Source: Microthrixaceae bacterium (GTDB lineage Bacteria > Actinomycetota > Acidimicrobiia > Acidimicrobiales > VFJN01). Taken from it: a stretch of DNA of 64,000 nt. Position numbers and translations under genes: made by a program. A model generated the notes under the pieces. The model made no database searches. It was not told the DNA's origin and was given only the letters and a program-made list of their open reading frames with translations. This document shows positions 1 through 9,124 of this stretch, piece after piece (position 1 is the first letter of the stretch; the number at the start of each line of letters is the position of its first letter). The DNA lies in contig JBQTKH010000014.1 in NCBI GenBank assembly GCA_052386335.1, positions 7,741-71,740 on the forward strand. The letters run 5' to 3'.

Positions 1-784
1 TGTACACGGTGAGGGCGATGACGAGGCTGCCGACGGTGAACGCGACTGCCCGCATCACCCGCAGCGGGACGCTGTAGGCACGGGCCATCAGGCTGAGGTC
101 GTTCGCAGCGAGCTCATCGCGATCGAGCACTGCCAGGCCAGAGCCGAGGCGCGCCCGCACGGCAGTTGGTTCGTTGGTGCCGACGAGCACGAAGCTGGTC
201 GTCGCTGGCGCGCTGAGCAGCTGATCAGTTGCGGCGTGGGTCATGAACACGAACGACGCCATGAACGCGTCGGTGGTGGTCCCCACGACGGTGAACCGCC
301 CGCCCATGATCTCCATGCGGTCGCCGACGCCGATGCCATGGCGCGTGGCCATGACGCTGCCGATCGCCACCTCGTCGTCGGTCGCTGGGGCGCGGCCCTG
401 GCGCAGCTCCCATGGGCCGCCTCTCTCGCCGGGGATGGAGCCGATCACATAGGTCGGCACTTTGATGTCGTGCAGCTCGACGATCGAGAAGAAGCCTCGC
501 ACCGGGACTGCCCACTTCACGTCCGGATCGGCGCGGACCGTGTCCACGGTGGTGGCGGGGATGAGGCTGATGGTCCCGAAGAAGTTGCGGGTGCCGGGTT
601 GGGCCACGTACAGGTCGGCGCCCACGTTGTCCTCGTAGGTGGTGACGTTCGCCTCGATCCCGGCCCACAGGCCGTCGAGCAGCAGGATCAGCATGATCGC
701 CATGCCAACTCCCGCAGCGCTGGCGATGAGTCGGCGCGGCTCAGCGAGGAGGTTCCGGCGAGCGAGCGGCACGGAGTGGTGCAT
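1..784 (-). CDS. ABC transporter permease, FtsX/MacB-like (runs off left edge)
   Basis: Manual translation from ATG at 784 gives MHHSVPLARRNLLAEPRRLIASAAGVGMAIMLILLLDGLW...GADLYV, a typical MacB/FtsX permease N-terminus; absent from the ORF track because it has no stop in the window. Confidence 0.85.
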   Translation of the reverse strand, partial: MHHSVPLARRNLLAEPRRLIASAAGVGMAIMLILLLDGLWAGIEANVTTYEDNVGADLYVAQPGTRNFFGTISLIPATTVDTVRADPDVKWAVPVRGFFSIVELHDIKVPTYVIGSIPGERGGPWELRQGRAPATDDEVAIGSVMATRHGIGVGDRMEIMGGRFTVVGTTTDAFMASFVFMTHAATDQLLSAPATTSFVLVGTNEPTAVRARLGSGLAVLDRDELAANDLSLMARAYSVPLRVMRAVAFTVGSLVIALTVY

Positions 785-787
785 CGC

Positions 788-1219
788 TCAACCCCCCAGC
801 TCCCAGGTGATCTCGACGGGCTCGGGGAACTCGGGCAGGGCCAGCCGTGCGGTGCCGCTGGCCGGCCCGGCGGCCTCGAAGCGCAGCTCGCCCTCGCGGT
901 GGTGACCGCTGGGGCCGTCACCGTCCCAGCCCCTGACCGGCCACGACGTGCCGGCGACCTCGAGCTTGGCGGCGCCGAGGTCCATGGACAGCTCCGCCGA
1001 ATGCGTGTCGAGCGTGATGGCGAAGGCGGCGCCCTGGTCGTCGATCTGGCGGGGTTCGATTCTGATGTCGATCTCGCCAGCGCTGAGCGTGCGGGTCTCG
1101 AGCCCCACGCCGGGGTCTTCGGCCGGCGTGGCGTCGTCTTCGCCGCGTGACGCGAGCAGGAGGCCGCTGGCGAGGATTGCGGCGAGCGCGACGGCGGCCG
1201 GGATCAGGCGGCGACGCAC
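788..1219 (-). CDS. Membrane-anchored/secreted hypothetical protein with DTHS and GHHREG motifs
   Basis: Likely GTG start at 1219 with GAGGAGG RBS; hydrophobic N-terminus; overlaps the upstream gene. Confidence 0.7.
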   Translation of the reverse strand: MRRRLIPAAVALAAILASGLLLASRGEDDATPAEDPGVGLETRTLSAGEIDIRIEPRQIDDQGAAFAITLDTHSAELSMDLGAAKLEVAGTSWPVRGWDGDGPSGHHREGELRFEAAGPASGTARLALPEFPEPVEITWELGG

Positions 1220-1677
1220 GTCTCGGCCTCCTCGTGGGCGTCGGGATGCGTGGACGGGGTTCGCCACAGCCGGCGGGCGGCCACGGCGACGCCGACAGCG
1301 TTGACGCCGATGCCGACCATCATGAACGGGATCCGGTAGTCGATGAGGAACGCAGCGGCCCCCGTGGCGCCGATGAACGGTGCCAGGTCAGCGATGTGGT
1401 GGGCGCAGCAGGCGACCATGCCGACCGTGGAGGCACCGGCGCCCGCGCCGCTCGCGGCGGCGGCCCCGTGGTGGAGGCGGTGCCGCCGCCGGAGCTCGGA
1501 CATGAGCGTGATCTGGGTGCCGAACCCCCCGACGATCAGGGCGAGGTAGTACCAGTCCTGACGGGCTTGGTCCGTGAAGTGGTCCCAGGATCCCGACGCG
1601 CCAGCAACGACGACCATGTAGAAGAGCATGAGGCCGGCGCTGGCCAGAGCGCCGGCCCTGATGCTGCGGGGGTTCAT
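1204..1677 (-). CDS. Multi-pass membrane protein with ACCAHH motif
   Basis: About 4 hydrophobic segments, VACCAHH, ATGA overlap with upstream gene. Confidence 0.75.
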   Translation of the reverse strand: MNPRSIRAGALASAGLMLFYMVVVAGASGSWDHFTDQARQDWYYLALIVGGFGTQITLMSELRRRHRLHHGAAAASGAGAGASTVGMVACCAHHIADLAPFIGATGAAAFLIDYRIPFMMVGIGVNAVGVAVAARRLWRTPSTHPDAHEEAETCVAA

Positions 1678-1898
1678 GGTTCGTCGCGCCGGGTGTGACC
1701 GGCCTGGGAGTGGTCGTGCTGCTCGCCTTGGTCACCGCCGCCGTGGTTCATGCCGCCCATCATGAGCATCATCATCAGCGGGCAGGCCAGGATGATCAGC
1801 AGCGGCACGTAGGTGAGGACCGGAAGGCCAGCGAGGCCGAGCACGAAGAGGATGCCGACGCCGATCAGCATCGGCTTGAGCATCTGCTGGTGGTTCAC
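1674..1898 (-). CDS. DUF2933-like small membrane protein
   Basis: LACPLMMMLMMGGMNHGG plus His tail; GTGA coupling. Confidence 0.75.
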   Translation of the reverse strand: MNHQQMLKPMLIGVGILFVLGLAGLPVLTYVPLLIILACPLMMMLMMGGMNHGGGDQGEQHDHSQAGHTRRDEP

Positions 1899-2083
1899 GT
1901 TGCGCTCCTGTCGGTGTCGGCCCGTTCGGCGGGCCGGTTCTGGTGGTCATTGTCTTGATGGTCGGTGTGCTTGTGGCCGCTGTGGCCACCGTGCATGCCG
2001 CAGCCGTGACCGCCGCGGTGCATGGCGACGAAGAACCCGATAGCGGCGATCCACAGCCAGTTGTTGGCGAGAAACTCGATCAC
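1895..2083 (-). CDS. Small His-rich membrane peptide (DUF2933-like)
   Basis: One TM segment then MHRGGHGCGMHGGHSGHKH; coupled to both neighbours. Confidence 0.7.
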   Translation of the reverse strand: MIEFLANNWLWIAAIGFFVAMHRGGHGCGMHGGHSGHKHTDHQDNDHQNRPAERADTDRSAT

Positions 2084-2250
2084 GACAGACCCCTTTGACC
2101 CGGCCGGACCCGGACCGGCGCGATTGCGACGTACGAGGCTGCCTGCAGCGCGATGCGGTACATCACCACAGCGGCGAGAACCAGCAACCCAACGAGCATC
2201 ACGACGAACGCGACGAGGGTTGTGTGGCCCAGGAGCCAGAGCATCAGCAT
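2080..2250 (-). CDS. Small hydrophobic protein (56 aa)
   Basis: ATG at 2250 with GGAGG RBS; MLMLWLLGHTTLVAFVVMLVGLLVLAAVVMY; stop overlaps next start. Confidence 0.55.
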   Translation of the reverse strand: MLMLWLLGHTTLVAFVVMLVGLLVLAAVVMYRIALQAASYVAIAPVRVRPGQRGLS

Positions 2251-2423
2251 TGCGGCACCTCCTTCGCTTCTTGTTGTGGCCTCATCATCGGCGCCGGCCG
2301 CGCCTGTGGCATCCGGTGCAGGTACGGAACGGGGCAGCGGTCGACTACGGAGCGACCCGCGGCGCTCCGAATGCGCACGGCGGTTACGCTCTCCGACACC
2401 ATGTCGTTGAGCCCGGCCGGAGT

Positions 2424-3626
2424 GTGAGGGTGGCGCGGAGCGAAGACGGTCGCCTCGACGCCCTGCTGAAGAGCGCACTCGGGCTCGCTGCCGAGCACGA
2501 CCTCGACCAGATCCTCGACCGCATGGTGCGCTGCGCTGCCGAGGTCGCCGACGCCAGGTACGCGGCGCTCGGCGTCTACGACGCCACCGGACACATCGAA
2601 CGGTTCGTGCCGTACGGCCTCGATGACGAGACGGTCGCTCGAATCGGCCCGTATCCCGAGGGTCGTGGTCTCCTGGGCGAAGTGATCGTTGCCGACGGTC
2701 CGATTCGGCTCACCGACATCCGCGCGGATCCGCGTTCGTGTGGCTTCCCGGCCCACCACCCTGAGATGCGGTCGTTTCTCGGCGTGCCGGTCCGAGTCGG
2801 CGAGCGCCGCTTCGGCAACCTCTACCTCACCGAGAAGCGTGGCGGGGGGCAGTTCGACGAGGACGACGAGCGGCTCGTGGTCACCCTCGCGGCCTTCGCC
2901 GCGGCGGCTGTCGAGGCCGCGCTGCTTGTGAGCACCGAGCGGGAGCTTGCCACCACACAGGCACGCGCCCGAGCTCAGCGGGAGATGCTTGCCCGGGTGA
3001 TCGAGGCCCAGGAGGCCGAGCGAGCCAGGGTCGCCCGTGACCTGCACGATCAGATCGGACAGTCGCTCACGTCGGTGTTGCTCGGCCTGCGACTCGTCGA
3101 CGGTTCCTTGTCGGGTGCGGGCCCGGACCTCGACGACGCCCGGGCCCACACCGGCGAGGTCCGCGCCCTGGTGGTGCAGGCGCTTGAAGAGGTACGCCAG
3201 CTCGCGTTCGAGCTGCGCCCGACTGTGCTCGATGACGTCGGGCTGGTGGCGGCGGTGAGGCGCCTTGCCAGCGACCTTGCTGAGCGGTTCGGTGTGACGG
3301 TTGACGTCGTGCTCGGTGGCCTTGATGACGACACTCGGCTGCCTCCGGAGGTCGAGACCGTTGTCTACAGGGTGGTGCAGGAGAGCCTCACCAACGTCGC
3401 TCGTCACGCCCGGGCGACCCGTGCCACGGTCGAGATCGCAGTCGACTCCGAGGGTGCGCGGGCCACGGTCGTCGATGACGGCGTGGGCTTCGAGGTCGGC
3501 GATGGTCAGCTGCGTTCCCTCGGGCTCGCGGGCATGCGCGAGCGAGCGTTGCTCGTCGATGGGCGCCTTGAGATCGTGTCCAGCCCACAGCGGGGCACGA
3601 TGGTCGTGCTCGAGGTGCCACGATGA
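2424..3626 (+). CDS. GAF-domain sensor histidine kinase, DosS/DevS-like (HisKA_3)
   Basis: GFPAHHPEMRSFLGVP GAF motif; ERARVARDLHDQIGQ H-box; QESLTNVARHA, DDGVGF, LGLAGMRER; start chosen at GTG 2424. Confidence 0.9.
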   Translation: MRVARSEDGRLDALLKSALGLAAEHDLDQILDRMVRCAAEVADARYAALGVYDATGHIERFVPYGLDDETVARIGPYPEGRGLLGEVIVADGPIRLTDIRADPRSCGFPAHHPEMRSFLGVPVRVGERRFGNLYLTEKRGGGQFDEDDERLVVTLAAFAAAAVEAALLVSTERELATTQARARAQREMLARVIEAQEAERARVARDLHDQIGQSLTSVLLGLRLVDGSLSGAGPDLDDARAHTGEVRALVVQALEEVRQLAFELRPTVLDDVGLVAAVRRLASDLAERFGVTVDVVLGGLDDDTRLPPEVETVVYRVVQESLTNVARHARATRATVEIAVDSEGARATVVDDGVGFEVGDGQLRSLGLAGMRERALLVDGRLEIVSSPQRGTMVVLEVPR

Positions 3627-3714
3627 GCGAGCGAAACGAGCGAATCACCGACACAGATGTCTTACCCGGCACGCAGTGCCGAGCGCTCACTGCGTGCACC
3701 CGAAGGGGGCACCA

Positions 3715-4377
3715 GTGAGCGAGATGATCCGTGTCGCGCTGTGTGACGACCACGCCGTGGTGCGGAGCGGGTTGCGCCGAATCGTGGCCGACGAGCCGGG
3801 CTTCGAGGTGGTGGGCGAGGCCGGCACCGCCGAGGAGGCCGTCGCCGTGGCTCGGGCGGAGCGGCCAGACGTGTTCGTCATGGATCTCGGGCTGCCGGGC
3901 ACGAGCGGCATCGAGGCGACCCGCCAGGTCGCCGAGGTGAGCCCACAGACGGCGATCCTGGTGCTCACCGTGCACGACGACGTCGCCTATTTGCGCAAGG
4001 CGTTCGACGCTGGCGCCCGCGGCTACCTCGTGAAGGACGCCGCTGACGTGGAGCTGGTCCTGGCCATCCGGCAGGTGGCGGCCGGTGAGGAGTATGTGCA
4101 CCCGCGTCTCGGTGCCGCTCTGCTCGCGCCGGAGGCGACCAACCGGGTTGCAGGTCCCGGCGGTGAGCTCTCCGAGCGAGAGCTCGAGGTGCTCCGTTTC
4201 GTGGCACTCGGCAACACCAACGCCGAGATCGCTGCCGAGCTGTACGTGTCCGTGCGTACGGTCGAGACCCACCGAGCGCACGTCCAGCAGAAGCTGGGGA
4301 TCAAAGCCCGCGCCGAACTGGTTCGCTATGCCCGGGAGCACGGACTGCTCGACGAGGGCGAGGAGCTGGCTCCGTAG
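3715..4377 (+). CDS. NarL/LuxR-family response regulator
   Basis: CDDHAVVRSG, VFVMDLGLPG, GYLVK; HTH LSERELEVL...VRTVETHR. Confidence 0.95.
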   Translation: MSEMIRVALCDDHAVVRSGLRRIVADEPGFEVVGEAGTAEEAVAVARAERPDVFVMDLGLPGTSGIEATRQVAEVSPQTAILVLTVHDDVAYLRKAFDAGARGYLVKDAADVELVLAIRQVAAGEEYVHPRLGAALLAPEATNRVAGPGGELSERELEVLRFVALGNTNAEIAAELYVSVRTVETHRAHVQQKLGIKARAELVRYAREHGLLDEGEELAP

Positions 4378-4445
4378 GCGCCCGCAGCATCGAATCCGTA
4401 GTCGGGGCGGATGGCTCCGGACGCAGGACTCGCCACGATTGGGGT

Positions 4446-4937
4446 GTGATCGACCAGCCAGCGCCGAGCAGCGAGCCTCAGGAGCCCTGCCCCGTTTGCG
4501 ATCGAGCGCCGAACGTCCTGGTCGCCATCCGTCATCCGGTGATGCGCCGGTGGACCGGCGAGTTGCTCGCCTCGGAGTATGGCTGTTGGACCGTGAGCGA
4601 ACCGGGTTCCGGCGAGATGCTCGCCGATGCCATCAGGCGGACCCGACCCGCATTGGTGATCGTCGACTCCATCGACTTCCCTGCGTGCTGCCAGGCGGCC
4701 CTGCGCACGTTGCCGCCCGAGCACGTGATCGTGATCGGCCCCGAACCCGACCGGGCCTACCGGGCCCGCGCGCTGGCCCTCGGAGCTGGCGGCTGGGTGT
4801 GCCGGGACCACGTCGACGATGAGCTGAGCGCCGCCATGCGGGCGGCGCTCGGCTGCCGTCATCACCCCTGCGCGCCCGGCTCGCCGACCGCACACCATCG
4901 ACCACACGCGTCCCTCACCTCTGGAGACCTCCGATGA
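4446..4937 (+). CDS. Cys-rich degenerate receiver-like protein
   Basis: RPALVIVD and [12 protein letters not shown] resemble REC elements; 8 Cys; ATGA overlap with copA. Confidence 0.6.
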   Translation: MIDQPAPSSEPQEPCPVCDRAPNVLVAIRHPVMRRWTGELLASEYGCWTVSEPGSGEMLADAIRRTRPALVIVDSIDFPACCQAALRTLPPEHVIVIGPEPDRAYRARALALGAGGWVCRDHVDDELSAAMRAALGCRHHPCAPGSPTAHHRPHASLTSGDLR

Positions 4938-7657
4938 GCATCGCCGATGTCGTTGTTGTCCTCGCCGCAGCCGGCCTCACCGGCCTGCTCTGGCGGTTCT
5001 TCTTCGGTGCCCGACCGACCAGCAGGGCCGAGCTCCGCGACGGGGTACAGGCGGTGCGGATCACGGTGAAGGGCGGGTACGCCCCGGACCGTGTCGAGGT
5101 CGAGGCCGGCACCCCGGTGCGATTGCTGTTCGACCGCCAGGAGACCGGCGACTGCACCTCCCGGGTCGTGTTCTCCGACTTCGGCATCAACCGCTCCCTG
5201 CCCGCCTTCACCACCACCACGATCGAGCTCACACCGCAGCAAACCGGGGAGTTCGGGTTCGCCTGCGGGATGAACATGGTGCACGGCACCCTTGTCGTCA
5301 CGGGCGACAGCCACCAGCGAGAGGCGCGCCAAGCGGCCAGCACCGAACCGACGGCCAGCGAGGCCGTCGCCGACGGCGCAGCGGCTCCGACGCCCCCCAG
5401 GTCGGTGCGCGACGACGAGGATGTCGAGGCGGCGGCACGGCGGGCCGAGATCGTCGACCTGACCCGCCGGGTCATCCTCGGCGCGGTCCTGTCGGCCCCA
5501 GTAGCGGTCGCCGTGATGGCCCATGAGGTCTTCGACGCCACCTGGGTGCCCAGCCTGCTGCTCAACCGCTGGATGCAGCTGGCGCTCATCACGCCCGTCA
5601 TGGCCTACACCGGGTGGCCGATCCACCGCACTGGCTGGCTGACCCTGCGGCACCGCACCGCCGACATGAACAGCCTCATCACCCTGGGCACGATCGCAGC
5701 CTTCGGCTACAGCCTCGTGGTCACTCTGGCCCCCAGCCTGCTCCCCACCGATGTGCGCGAGGTCTACTTCGAGGCCGTCGGTGTCATCATCACCCTCATC
5801 CTGCTGGGCCGGTTGCTCGAGGTCCGGGCCAAGGCGGGCACGGGCGAAGCGATCCGGCAGCTCATCGGCCTGCAGGCCAAGACTGCCCGCGTCCTGCGCA
5901 ACGGAGCCGAGGCGGAGATCCCTGTCGAGGAGGTCGTCCCCGGCGACATCGTGCTGGTCCGACCCGGCGAGAAGATCCCCGTCGACGGCGAGGTCACCGA
6001 CGGCAGCTCGGCGGTCGACGAATCGATGATCAGCGGCGAGCCGATCCCGGTGACCAAGCGCCCCGGCGACACGGTGGTCGGTGCCACGATCAACCAGACC
6101 GGCGCCTTCCGGTACCGGGCCACCAAGGTCGGGGCCGACACGATGCTCGCCCAGATCATCCGCCTGGTCGAGCAGGCGCAGGCGTCCAAGGCGCCGATCC
6201 AGCGCCTGGCCGACCTGGTGTCGAGCTACTTCGTCCCCGCCGTCGTGGTCGTCGCCATCTGGACGTTCGTGGTCTGGTTCCTGGTGGGACCCGACCCGGC
6301 GCTCACCTTCGCGCTTGTGTCTGCCGTGGCGGTGCTGATCATCGCCTGCCCCTGCGCGCTCGGTCTCGCTACCCCGATGTCGATCATGGTCGGCACCGGC
6401 AAGGGCGCCACCTCCGGCATCCTGATCCGCTCGGCCGAGGCACTCGAGACCGCCCACAAGATCGACACGATCATCCTCGACAAGACCGGCACCCTCACCC
6501 GAGGTGCTCCCGCCCTCACCGATGTCGTGGTCACCGCCGGGTGGAGCAACGACGAGGTGCTGCGGCTGGTCGCCTCGGCCGAGCGCTCCTCCGAGCACCC
6601 CCTTGGCGCCGCCATCGTGTCGGGCGCCACCGAGCGCCACCTGAACCTCCTCGAGCCGACCGAGTTCGACTCCGTCACCGGGCAAGGCATCCGGGCCACC
6701 GTCGACGGTCACCCGGTGCTGGTCGGCAACCGACGGCTCCTCGTCGGCGCGGGCATCGATCCGATTGCGCTGGACGCGGATGCTGAGCGCCTGGCCGCGG
6801 ACGGGAAGACACCGATGCTCGTCGCCGTCGACGGTCAACCCGCTGCGGTGGTGGCGGTCGCCGACACCCTCAAGGAAGACTCGGTCGCCGCCGTCGCGGC
6901 GCTCCAGGACCTCGGGATCGCGGTCGTGATGATCACCGGCGACAATCGGCGCACTGCCGCCGCCATCGGCCGCCAGGTCGGGATCGACCGGGTGCTGGCC
7001 GAGGTGCTCCCCGAGCACAAGGCAGCCGAGGTGCGTCGCCTCCAGGACGAGGGCCGCGTCGTGGGCATGGTGGGCGACGGCATCAACGATGCTCCCGCCC
7101 TGGCCCAGGCCGATGTCGGATCCGCCATCGGCACCGGCACTGACGTCGCCATCGAGTCCTCGGACATCACCCTCGTGTCTGGGGCGCTGTCGGGCCTGGT
7201 CACCGCCATTCGCCTGTCACGGGCAACCATGCGCAACATCCGCCAGAACCTGTTCCTGGCCTTCGTCTACAACTCGGTTGGCATCCCCGTCGCCGTAGGC
7301 GCGCTCTACCCGTTCTTCGGCGTTCGGCTCAGCCCCATCATCGCCGCAGCAGCCATGGCGCTGTCCTCCCTGTCCGTGGTGACCAACGCGAACCGTCTGC
7401 GACGCTTCGCGCCGGTCCCGCTGCCCGAGCGCGCTACGCCGCGGGCCGTGGACCCGGTGGTCGAGGTCGGCGCCGACCCTGCGCCGCCCGAACCGGCGCA
7501 GGTCACCGACCCCGTGTGCGGGATGTTCGTGGACCCAGCCCACGCGGCAGCGACCTTCACGCGCGGCGGCACGACCCACTACTTCTGCTCGACCGGTTGC
7601 CGCGACACCTTCACAGCGGATCCCGAGCGCAATGCTCCGGAACCGGCGAGGAGCTGA
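4934..7657 (+). CDS. copA: Cu(I)-translocating P1B-1 ATPase with N-terminal cupredoxin-like and C-terminal YHS domains
   Basis: [26 protein letters not shown] and MALSS motifs; FACGMNM; DPVCGM...YFCSTGC. Confidence 0.95.
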   Translation: MSIADVVVVLAAAGLTGLLWRFFFGARPTSRAELRDGVQAVRITVKGGYAPDRVEVEAGTPVRLLFDRQETGDCTSRVVFSDFGINRSLPAFTTTTIELTPQQTGEFGFACGMNMVHGTLVVTGDSHQREARQAASTEPTASEAVADGAAAPTPPRSVRDDEDVEAAARRAEIVDLTRRVILGAVLSAPVAVAVMAHEVFDATWVPSLLLNRWMQLALITPVMAYTGWPIHRTGWLTLRHRTADMNSLITLGTIAAFGYSLVVTLAPSLLPTDVREVYFEAVGVIITLILLGRLLEVRAKAGTGEAIRQLIGLQAKTARVLRNGAEAEIPVEEVVPGDIVLVRPGEKIPVDGEVTDGSSAVDESMISGEPIPVTKRPGDTVVGATINQTGAFRYRATKVGADTMLAQIIRLVEQAQASKAPIQRLADLVSSYFVPAVVVVAIWTFVVWFLVGPDPALTFALVSAVAVLIIACPCALGLATPMSIMVGTGKGATSGILIRSAEALETAHKIDTIILDKTGTLTRGAPALTDVVVTAGWSNDEVLRLVASAERSSEHPLGAAIVSGATERHLNLLEPTEFDSVTGQGIRATVDGHPVLVGNRRLLVGAGIDPIALDADAERLAADGKTPMLVAVDGQPAAVVAVADTLKEDSVAAVAALQDLGIAVVMITGDNRRTAAAIGRQVGIDRVLAEVLPEHKAAEVRRLQDEGRVVGMVGDGINDAPALAQADVGSAIGTGTDVAIESSDITLVSGALSGLVTAIRLSRATMRNIRQNLFLAFVYNSVGIPVAVGALYPFFGVRLSPIIAAAAMALSSLSVVTNANRLRRFAPVPLPERATPRAVDPVVEVGADPAPPEPAQVTDPVCGMFVDPAHAAATFTRGGTTHYFCSTGCRDTFTADPERNAPEPARS

Positions 7658-7659
7658 CC

Positions 7660-7989
7660 GTGCTGGCGAACAGCGGTCCCCGCTCACCTCCGACCACCAG
7701 CCTGCCGGGCAGGAGGACGCGGTTCGCGCCGCGCGTGCTGATGTGGACCGCAATCGGGCTGTCCTTCGCGCTGTTCGGGCTGCTCATCGCTCTGGGATGG
7801 CGTGGCAACGCCGGGACCATCGCCGCCGGCTTCCTGCTGCTGGCCTGCGTAGTGGTCTGCATCTGGGCAGGCGTGCAAGGCCGGATCTCCGACCGCGAGG
7901 TCGAGCGGGCCATCGCCAGGTTGGCCGCTGCCCGCGAAGCGGGCGACCGCCAACGGTCACCGAGGACGGAGAGCACCGATGGGCGATGA
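7660..7989 (+). CDS. Two-TM hypothetical membrane protein
   Basis: GTG at 7660 just after the copA stop; two hydrophobic helices. Confidence 0.6.
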   Translation: MLANSGPRSPPTTSLPGRRTRFAPRVLMWTAIGLSFALFGLLIALGWRGNAGTIAAGFLLLACVVVCIWAGVQGRISDREVERAIARLAAAREAGDRQRSPRTESTDGR

Positions 7990-9124
7990 CCTCAAGCTCG
8001 GCCGAGTTGCAGGCTTCCCGCTGTCCATGAACTGGAGTGTGCTCGTCATCGCCTGGCTCCTCACCTGGAGCCTCGCGACGGGCTCGTTCCCCTACGAGGC
8101 ACCCGGCCACTCCGATGGCACCTACTGGGCGGTCGGCCTCGCCGCAGCGCTCGTCTTCTTCGGGTCGCTGCTCGCCCACGAGCTCGCCCACGCCCTCGTC
8201 GCACGACGCCACGGCGTCGAGGTCAAAGGATTGACACTGTGGCTCTTCGGGGGCGTTGCCAACCTCGGCAGCGAACCCCCCACACCCCGCGCCGACTTTC
8301 GGATCGCCGTCGCCGGACCAGCCACCAGCCTCGCCCTGGCCGCCGGGTTCGGACTCGTCGCCGGCGGCCTCAAGCTCGGCGGCGTCGCCCACATCGTCGT
8401 CGTCGCCGCCAGCTGGCTCTCCGGCATCAACCTCATGCTGGGTGTGTTCAACCTGATCCCCGGGGCCCCACTCGACGGCGGCAGGCTCCTGCGTGCGTTC
8501 CTGTGGCATCACCACGGCGACCGGGTCCGGGCCGCCGTCACCGCGGCCCGGGCCGGGGCCGTCGTCGCCTACGGGCTCGTCGGTCTCGGGCTGCTCGAGT
8601 TCCTCACCGGCGCCAGCGTGAGCGGGCTGTGGCTGGTGTTCATCGGCTGGTTCGTGCTCAACGCTGCCCGCGCAGAGGAAGCACATGTCCTGACCCGCGA
8701 CGCCCTCGGCGGGGTGCGGGTCGCCGAGGTCATGACCCCGCGTCCCATCGTTGCCCCCGGCTGGATCACCGTCGGCGAGTTCATCGGGCGCTGCCTGCTG
8801 GGGAGCCGCCACTCGGCCTACCCGGTCGAAGGGCCTGATGGCCGCATCGCCGGGCTCGTCACCCTGGCCCAGATCCGGCGGGTGCCATCGGCCCAGCGCG
8901 ACACAACGCGGCTGGTCGACATCGCGATCGCGAAACCGGGCCTCGCGATCGCAGCGCCTGGCGACCTGCTGGTCTCCCTGCTCGAGCGGGTGACTCCGGA
9001 CGCCGGTGGGCGGGCGCTCGTGTTCGACCACGACGAGCTCGTGGGGATCCTCACCCCGACCGATGTCGCCCGCGCCGCCGAGCTTCGGGGTCTGCGGGAC
9101 GGCCGCCACCTCGCCGCGCCATGA
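7979..9124 (+). CDS. M50 site-2 protease with CBS domains (Rip3/Rv2625c-like)
   Basis: HELAH, IAVAGP, FNLIPGAPLDGG; C-terminal VAEVMTP...LVGILT CBS pair. Confidence 0.92.
   Translation: MGDDLKLGRVAGFPLSMNWSVLVIAWLLTWSLATGSFPYEAPGHSDGTYWAVGLAAALVFFGSLLAHELAHALVARRHGVEVKGLTLWLFGGVANLGSEPPTPRADFRIAVAGPATSLALAAGFGLVAGGLKLGGVAHIVVVAASWLSGINLMLGVFNLIPGAPLDGGRLLRAFLWHHHGDRVRAAVTAARAGAVVAYGLVGLGLLEFLTGASVSGLWLVFIGWFVLNAARAEEAHVLTRDALGGVRVAEVMTPRPIVAPGWITVGEFIGRCLLGSRHSAYPVEGPDGRIAGLVTLAQIRRVPSAQRDTTRLVDIAIAKPGLAIAAPGDLLVSLLERVTPDAGGRALVFDHDELVGILTPTDVARAAELRGLRDGRHLAAP

Noticed and set aside
2022..2423. N-terminal extension of the kinase ORF, and similar extensions at 3301, 20609, 26522, 45580, 50239 and 57223
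   Set aside because: They overlap other genes or promoters, are Arg/Pro-rich, and better downstream starts exist
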